This document shows, one piece after another, positions 56,046 to 64,000 of a stretch of 64,000 nt of DNA (positions within the stretch are counted from its first letter, which is position 1; each line of letters begins with the position of its first letter). The stretch is taken from assembly GCF_902459465.1 (NCBI RefSeq), contig NC_047082.1:4154001-4218000 (forward strand), read 5' to 3'. The notes under the pieces were generated by a model, which worked only from the letters and a program-made list of their open reading frames with translations, did no database searches and was not told where the DNA came from. Source of the stretch: Asterias rubens (Eukaryota). Both the position numbers and the translations under genes were made by a program.

Positions 56046-58999
56046 AAGTAGCTACAATTAATTATCACACTCCTGTTCTGGGTAGTTTATTTCAAGTGTA
56101 AAAATCAAATGAAGGAATACTGTGTGCATGAATATTGGATGAGGGTTGTATCTGATACAATGGGAGAGGTTTAAGATGCTAGATGCTGGCAGGACTTGCC
56201 AAGTATATTATATTGCTGTTGGAATGGTATGCATTCCCAGCATTAGAGGCCTATTCAGAATAATCAATGCTTTAAAATGATGATCGTTTTTTTTTAAACT
56301 GGGGGTTGGCTAGACGAAAGAAATAACTGAAAATTGAAAGTTGGTTTTCATTCAAAACAATAGAAGAAACAACGACTTCAAAGAGAAACAATAACAGAGA
56401 GGCATCTTTCTCAGATCATCTGTCATGTATGTGCAGCTGCATGGCTTTGTGATTAGTCAATCTTGTTTCGATACTGGAATTCTGCATCCAATGGGGAGAT
56501 GGCACAGATTTGTTCATTTCTGTTTCAGCTACAAACTTGTCTGCTGGAAGCTTCGGAGCTGTGAGCATTGATCTGAAACATCTGCCTTATTTGAGGTCTT
56601 CGGTGTATCGGTCATATTAAATTAATAGTCTTTCACTATTTATAAATCAAAATTTGGGTTGGCATGCGAGTCGAAACAATTTTGAAACAAAGATTGGAAC
56701 TTATGAACATTGACTATTCTAAATGGCCACAACTAAGTTTGCCTAGTGTTTTAAAATATCCCAATAATGTCAAGAAGGACTGTGCTCTGTGCTATTACAC
56801 ATACTGGTCAGGTACTTGGAGCTGTTTGCAGTTGAGTTAACGACAACTTTGGGTGAAGGAAGTTAATTTACCCTGAATGAAACAAGGAATTCCGAAACTG
56901 AAATTGTTATGAACCGTTTGTTGTGATGTTTTGCTGCCAAATTTTTCTGGAAGAAACGTCCAGTATTCCCTGTCATGTCGTTTTGTTATTATCACATAAT
57001 TTTTCTGGTTTTCTTTGTGTGATTCTGATGTTACAGAGACCAAGTCCTTTATACCTCAGGGGTGATTACATTTTCTCTTTTTTTGAAGTGTGCCAAAACG
57101 GCGAGTTTTAAAAATTTGAGAATGCTTTGATTAAGTTCATACAGTCATATTTTTAGTGGTTACTACTCGGATTTTGTTGGCGAAGAATAACCCTGAAACA
57201 GTGGATTTGCAATGGGTAGTTAAATGCATTTACACATATGTACCTCAATGTTGCAACAGGTACCGATTAACGATGCTCGGTTTTGACTAGACGGAACCAG
57301 GAATGTAATTTGCAAAAATGGATTCTTTCAGCATAGCAGTAACATTGGTGACTTGTATCTGGTAAACTTAGTTTGATTGGACTTCTGGAAAGCAAGGAAT
57401 TGTGGTAGATTTTGAAAAGATTTCTCTTGTACAATTTCATTCATGATTTGAATACACAATATTTCTGGAACTAAAATAAGGAGTATTTCCTGTTTGTTGT
57501 CGGATGTGTTAGTTTATATTGAAGCAATCAGACTGAAAATAGTTCATCAGTTGGGAGACAATATGCATAAAATAATAAAATATACACTATTTACTTGTCA
57601 AACTAGCAGTCATTCGTACCTTGATCATCTTGATGATGATGTATTTGATGTGAATGTACATTACAGTCGTTCTACATCTACTGTACATGTATACTGTACA
57701 TGGGCTATGTGAATAATACAGGGATGAGATTGTTCAGACTTTTGGCTGAATTGAGACTTTTTATGTCGGCCTGGTGAAGAAAATCAGACAATATTTTTGT
57801 CCACAAAATAAAGGAAATCCTGCCCACTGGTATACTTCTCTAGTGCTTTGGATACTGTTCCACAAAACTCCTTGGAATCTATAACCCCAGGGGTTATCAA
57901 AAGGTAGAAATGGCATCGTTTCAACATACCTTTGAATTTGTATCCAAGTTTCAGACTTTTTCGTTAGTAATGACTCTCACCCCTGATAATAGTTGGGAAA
58001 CAAAAGCAATGTAAAGGGATTTTACAACTTATCTTAAAAAAGGTTTGGTCTGACAGCAAGTTTGACAGAACTCAAGAGCCGTCCATATAGACAGCAGATG
58101 ATACATGGTTTAATGTATAACATAATTATAGCTGATAAAAACGCCTTAATGCCAAGTCAGTCCATACTGTGTTAGGTTCTCACGAGTTGTTCACACTGTG
58201 TTAGGTTCTCACAAGCTGTTCACAATACTAAAAATTTGTTCCCAAGAAGGAAAGTTTGTACATGCTGTATCTGCACATGTTGTTAATCTACTTACTTTCA
58301 CTATAATAATCAAACTAGACATGTTTATACCAGGAATTCCATACTCAGAAGTTTTCCTTTAATCGATTATCTCAAAACTACAGTGGATGATTTTTAATGA
58401 AGTACAGTAGGAGGGTTTAAAATGCAAGTAACTTGGTATAAGTACGTGGTTCCGTAAACTGGGACACAATAGTATACATGTATATCCAACAGTTGGTGTA
58501 TTACTCAGAAACTTGAACTAATTTTATTGAGCAGCCAGATACATTTAGCCTGTGTATTAAAATCATTTTTAATAAATGTTCTAGTTATTATTTTCCATTG
58601 ATGCATGCCTTTCATCAGTATTAACTCTTATACATCTTTGTGTTTACGAAATGCAACATATTTCAATCTTCTGTAAAAAAAAAACACACACAAAAAAAAC
58701 AAGATCTTTCAGAAGTATATGGAATTTATGACAAGTACAATCAATATTGAGATTTGTAAAGGGTTAATTTTTACATTTGATTTTTACCACATATAGCAGT
58801 GTGAATGTGTGTTTATCATATCGTTTTCTTTTGTGAGTTTAAATATGTTGAGTGCTCTATTACAATAAAATATGAGTTAATTCCAATATGATTTTTGAGG
58901 AGTGTGTTTCTGTTCGTTGTAAACAAAAAGTAGTGTAGGTTCAGTAGTCCTTCACCATGCAAAAGCTGTTTGAGTCCTGGTCTGGACACTGGTGTCCTT

Positions 59000-59350
59000 T
59001 TAAAGCAGTGGACACTATTGGTAATTACTCAAAATAATTATTAGCACAAAACCTTACTTGGTAACGAGTAATGGGGAGAGGTTGATAGTATAAAACATTG
59101 TGAGAAACAGCTCCCTCTGAAGTAACGTGGTTTTCGAGAAAGAAGTAATTTTCCACGAATTTGATTTCAAGACCTTCAGATTTAGAATTTGAGGTCCCGA
59201 AATCAAGCATCTGAAAGTGCACCACGTCGTGTGACAAGGGTGTATTTTCTTTCATTATTATCTCGCAACTTCGACGACCAATTGAGCTCAAATTTTCACA
59301 GGTTTGTTATTTTATGCATAATATATTGAGAGAGACAAGTGAGAAGACAC
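59000..59350. mobile_element. MITE family A copy truncated by a SINE; partial copies also at 32211-about 32335 and about 33310-33423
   Basis: Left TIR intact; the right end is replaced by SINE sequence. Confidence 0.82.
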
Positions 59351-59710
59351 TTTACCATGATCCTTAATCCTTAGGATGGGACATAAGGCTGATGGTCCCC
59401 TGTGTTGTGTAACACACGCAAAAAGACACAGTGCACTTCTCGAAAAGAGAAGGGGTTCCCCTTCGCCTGGTGTTCCTGGTTTGATTGGCTGCATATTGCA
59501 CATTGTAAACCATTACATGGTGCTATTTAAAATGAGTAGGTCTCCTAATTCAAACGTAGACCCACATGCCTTGCAGAAAAATACTGTATGTTAGAGCGTC
59601 TTGAGCATCACTGAGTGACGGATATGAGCGCTGTATAAGAAGCCCCTATTATTATTAATATCTTGTACCATTTTTGTTGCCATGACATCGCACCACCAGC
59701 ATTCTGTTCA

Positions 59711-62700
59711 TCAACTCTTCACAAAGTCCTCGGCTAATTCTTTGCGTCCGACGTGCTTGATGTGTTTTCCCTGAGCAATGATGTCACCGCTGGAGTTCAT
59801 GAGATTGGCCGTTGTGAATGCAAGGCTCTCGCCGGCTTTAACGACCTCAGCATCCATGGTCAGCTTGTCCCCAATCTTGGCAGCCTTAAGAAAGCTGTGA
59901 AAATTAGAATATTGTACAAATGAAAACACTCTCATCGGTTACTTGTTCATCATTATTCCCCTACTCGGACTTTACGATCATCTCAACAGTCATTGCTTTC
60001 TGCTACTAGAGCTTCTTCCATTTTTTATGGCCACAGATCTTTTTCTTACGCCGCACCGTTTCTTTGGAATAGTCTTCCTGTGCATATTCGCCAAGCTAAT
60101 ACCTTACAATGTTTTAAGTCCTTGTTGAAAACTCATTTGTTTAAAGCTTCCTTTTTGTAATTTGCCTATTTGTATCTTGTATCTTTCTCTAATTGTTTAT
60201 TTTATTGTTTCTTTAATGCGCTTAGAGGCTTTTGCATTAGGCGCTTTACAAATGTCTTATTATTATTATTATTATTATAACTAGCAGGGAGATTAGGGGC
60301 ATGGGAACCCCATCTCAGATCCCTTATCCCCTCTTGCCCCAACCCCAAAGTGAGATTGAAAAATTAAATTAATCTAAAAGCCACCCCATCCTAAATTTTG
60401 TCTTTGTCCCTGTCATGAGCTTTTACATAAAGTAAAACAAATCTTCACTCAACGTTCTGTACCAGAAGTACGTGTACAACGTAAGTTATTGTAAAAGAGG
60501 GATAAATATGTGATAAAGGTCAAAAGTCTAGCAACCACTTGACCTGGTAAAGTTAAGAACTGCCAATCATACTCTCAGGGTCAACAGACAACAGGCAAAA
60601 CAAACTAATTGCAGTGCTAATATTATAACTGATTGTTTATATGGCTGCTAAGAAACTAAACCACTTTAGGTATTAAAGGAACACATTGCCTTGGATCGGT
60701 CGAGTTGGTCTTTGAAAAGCGTTTGTAACCGTTTTTTATAAAATGCATATGGGTAGAAAGATGTTGTAAAAGTAGAATACAATGATCCACACAAACATGC
60801 CTCGAAATTGCACGGTTTTCCTTTTACCTCGTCGACTAACACGGTCGGCCATTTATGGGAGTCAAATTTTTTACTCCCATAAATGGCCGACCGTGTTAGT
60901 TCGCACAGTAAAAGGAAAACCACGTAATGATTTCGAGGCAAACTTGTGTGGATCATTGAATTCTACTTTTAAAACATCTTTCCAACCATATGCATTTTAT
61001 AAAAAAACCGGTTACAAACGCTTTTTGTAGATCAACTCGTCCGATCCAAGGCAACGTGTTCCTTTAAGTCAATAATTTCTGCTAAGCTCCTCTGCAGAGG
61101 ACCTGGCTCTCCAATGCATTGTGTGATGCAATCCCGCGCATCATTTATAACTGTGAACTAGCAAGTTGTCAAGCGTGATGGTGCTGTTTTACTCCGGTGG
61201 TCATCCCCTAAAAAATACTTCGCACTCACTTTTTGCAATGATATGTTAGCCTTGGCATTATGGCCATATTGCTTGGACTCGGATTTCACCCAGAATCCTA
61301 CTCATGCGCAGCACAGGGACAAGTAGTAATGTATCGTAAAAAACACATTTTTTTTCTACTTTGTGAGCTACTCACCTAACACAGAGCTCTATACTAACGC
61401 CTGGTACACCCGCTGTTGACGATATAACAGCTACTGTGGTTAGAGTGTCTACTAATGTGGATATAAACCCTCCATGTAGCGTTCCTCGTCTGTTTGCTTG
61501 CTCTTCCTGCACCGTCAGCTCACACTGACATCGCCCAGGGCTTGCAGATGTGATATCAACCTGAACCAATATGACAATTTACATTACATTATAGAAGTTT
61601 AAACCTACTATATGATTTGAGGCATTGCATGGTGAGGTATCAATACCTTAGGTTTACGGTAACACCGCGTGTGAATCTACTTGCCAGGTAGAGTTTGTAT
61701 CCTCTTATCTCTTCAGTCCCCCAGATGATGACTAGAGCAAGCTAGTCGAAACGTTGAGACCTTAAGAACTCCGCCGTAGTGCAGTTAACTTAAGCTAAAG
61801 TAGTCGTCTCAGCCAATTTTCTATAACTTCCGCCCAGGTAATAGTTAAAAAGCAGGACAGTTCATTTCAGAACTGAGATTGAGAAGTCTCCCGAATAATT
61901 TTATTAATCTACTCCGTGGTAGTAGAATAAAGAAAGACAGTTCTCTAAGTCTATGAAAGAACAAACTCTACCATGGTGTTTACCGCAAACCAAATTAAGT
62001 TTGCCTGTTTGTAAAGCTGTACTGTACATGCGGTAGGCCCGAGTTGCATGTGCCGAGTTTGCAAGGTGCTGAAGTGACCGATACCCACCTATAATTAACA
62101 AATAGGACTAGGACTCTAGTACTACCGCTAGTACTAGGATAGTAGTAGTAGTCAGTCACATGGTCCTCTTCCTACACCTCTATGACCTACCACCACTACT
62201 ACGTATTATAACATACCTCTTGCTTGTTCTGTAATCTGGTTGGCTGAAACACGGTCACGTGGGATGAACTAATACAGTCTAGTGATCGCGCGCGCGTGTT
62301 TTGCGGGAACTAGTACCCGAGTGGGCACTAGTCTTTGAAAATAGTACCCGGTTACAGCGCCCTCTCTTGATATGAAACGTGAACAGCAACTACAAAACTT
62401 CATTTCTTTTCCAGATTTCTGTTCTTATTTGACCTTTAAGACCGAGCTGTCTTATAAAACACATATTAACTGGCATAATTCGGTAACTAGTGTACGTCTA
62501 TTCCCCCTCGGGCCTGTGAGTGACCAGAAGATGGGCCTATTTCCCTCGGCCTCAGGAAATAGGGCCCTATTCTGGTCACTCAAAAGTCCCTCGGGGGAAT
62601 AGACGTACACTAGTTACCTCACTCTTTGCCAGTCAACATGTGTATACTAGTACTACTGTAACTGTATACACTGAAAAGGTATGGGCTAGTAGACCCAGTA

Positions 62701-63196
62701 TCTGAGGTGCTGTATTCCTTTTTCGAAATTTTGACATTTTCTGTCATTGACAGAAAAAGTCAATCGAATTTTGACATTTTCTGTCATTGACAGAAAATGT
62801 CAAAATTTTGAAAAAGAAATACAGCGCTGACAGAAAATGTCAAAATTTCGAAAAAAGAATACAGCGCCTACTCATAGAACTTTTTCGGTTTCCGAAATAG
62901 TTCTAGCTAGGGTAGGAGTAACAGCGCCCCAGTTACTGGGTCTAAAAAATACCCAAGGCCAAGGCTAGCACAAAAATGGTTCGTCTGACTGATCTTGTAA
63001 ACTGGTTTTCACATGAAGTTGGCTCACTCTCTGAAACACCCAATGATAATCTCAAGATACTTATGATTAATAAAAATAATCAGCCTGCAGTTAACAGGGG
63101 TCTTACTTTACTTAGTACGCTCTCAAAACGATGCCCTGTCATAAGCAATCGCCAAACTTGTTTTGCTGCTTGTGTTGATGCACCGGAGGCTGCCAT
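59711..63196 (-). CDS. ACOT13: Acyl-CoA thioesterase 13 (THEM2, hotdog fold), 152 aa
   Basis: Exons 63196-63107, 61560-61376, 59894-59711. Contains the NRRGTLHGGFISTLVD hotdog motif, PGVSIEL and AQGKHIKHVG. Confidence 0.93.
59942..60277 (+). mobile_element. L2/CR1-clade LINE 3' fragment
   Basis: Translates YSPTRTLRSS...GHRSFSYAAPFLWNSLPVHIR...FKSLLKTHLF*, the typical ORF2 C-terminus (stop 60158-60160), followed by a (TAT)n tail. Confidence 0.92.
60677..61063. mobile_element. Fully palindromic TTAA-type MITE family C, copy 2
   Basis: TTAA on both sides; same sequence family as 39743-40124. Confidence 0.9.
61640..61985 (+). mobile_element. Penelope-like fragment with a degenerate hammerhead motif (inverted copy about 34585-34860)
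   Basis: CAGATGA-T-GACTAG(agcaag)CTAGTC-GAA-ACGT-T at 61722-61755; the two copies align. Confidence 0.55.
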
Positions 63197-64000
63197 CTTG
63201 AATACATCAATGTCAACAGAGGGCGATATTTCATAAAATAGCGGCAATTCGAATCAGGAAGGATGTTGAAAGTCGAGTCACAAGACTATCACAAGAAAGT
63301 TTCAAATAGAAGCAAACGAAAAGAAAGTGTAGCAGCAATGCAACGCTTTTGTGATTGTACACAAATAATAAATGTATTTGTTTTTATTACACTGCTCAAA
63401 CATAATATTATGACAAAAGAATAAACCAATTTTTGTATACACTGTAGGCTAGAAATGTAGACCCTTATATTATTGCCGACAATTATTTTCTTTGGTTAAA
63501 ATCACAACAAAATGCACAACACAATCAACCAGTGAAAAACACCTTAGGTTTAAAACGTTTAAAAAAAAGTGGTTCAGATAAGAACAATTTGTAAGTTTAA
63601 CCAAATAAAACACTGCCTGTTGCACACAGTCAGCTGATCACATCAATTTTGTGGTTTTTATGAAAATGTTATAAAAGCTGCCAATCATTAAACTAGAAGT
63701 CTAGCAAGTTTTGCTAGACTTCAAAACTTTCCTTGAAATACTAGAGGTATTACCAGAAACAATAATTGGGAAAAGATGACAAATAAGGTTGCACATAGGC
63801 CTATTAATTAGCACAAACTTGTCATTATTTAAGAAACAAAATAATACACTATAGAAATGTTAAGTTACCTGAAAGGAGATATATTGAAATCTCTTTATCA
63901 ACAATAAAATGCATCATACTAAACTATTATTTTTATTATTAAATTTTATAAATATATCCATACAACTTTCACTATAGTTTTAACAAAAGTATAATACAAT

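Noticed and set aside
48238-63196. Functional clustering of SLC52, COX5B and ACOT13 (flavin/mitochondrial theme)
   Set aside because: Adjacent housekeeping genes in animals rarely imply co-function, and there is no sequence evidence of co-regulation; it would need synteny data.

Overview
AT-rich animal genomic DNA with spliceosomal introns. It is not prokaryotic. An invertebrate deuterostome such as an echinoderm is my inference from gene content and repeat style, not something the sequence proves. Splicing by hand gives five complete housekeeping genes: an SLC16/MCT-family transporter (+, 4 coding exons, 469 aa), RMC1/C18orf8 (-, 18 coding exons, 661 aa, one U12-type intron), an SLC52 riboflavin transporter (-, 493 aa), COX5B (+, 123 aa) and ACOT13 (-, 152 aa). 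The left third (about 6.7-18.3 kb) is a tandem cluster of three related units. Unit B is a complete secreted protein: signal peptide, 38 GGTPT repeats and a C-type lectin domain. Unit A is an orphan lectin terminal exon that differs from B by about 16% (almost all amino-acid changing) while its flanks differ by about 1%. Unit C has lost the lectin domain and keeps only the signal peptide and repeat. The window also holds two tandem minimal hammerhead-ribozyme motifs (3.6-3.8 kb). Non-autonomous transposons are abundant: Kolobok-like TTAA MITEs, hAT, Harbinger, piggyBac-like, SINE, L2 and Penelope-like fragments. Most entries in the supplied ORF track are artefacts of these repeats.
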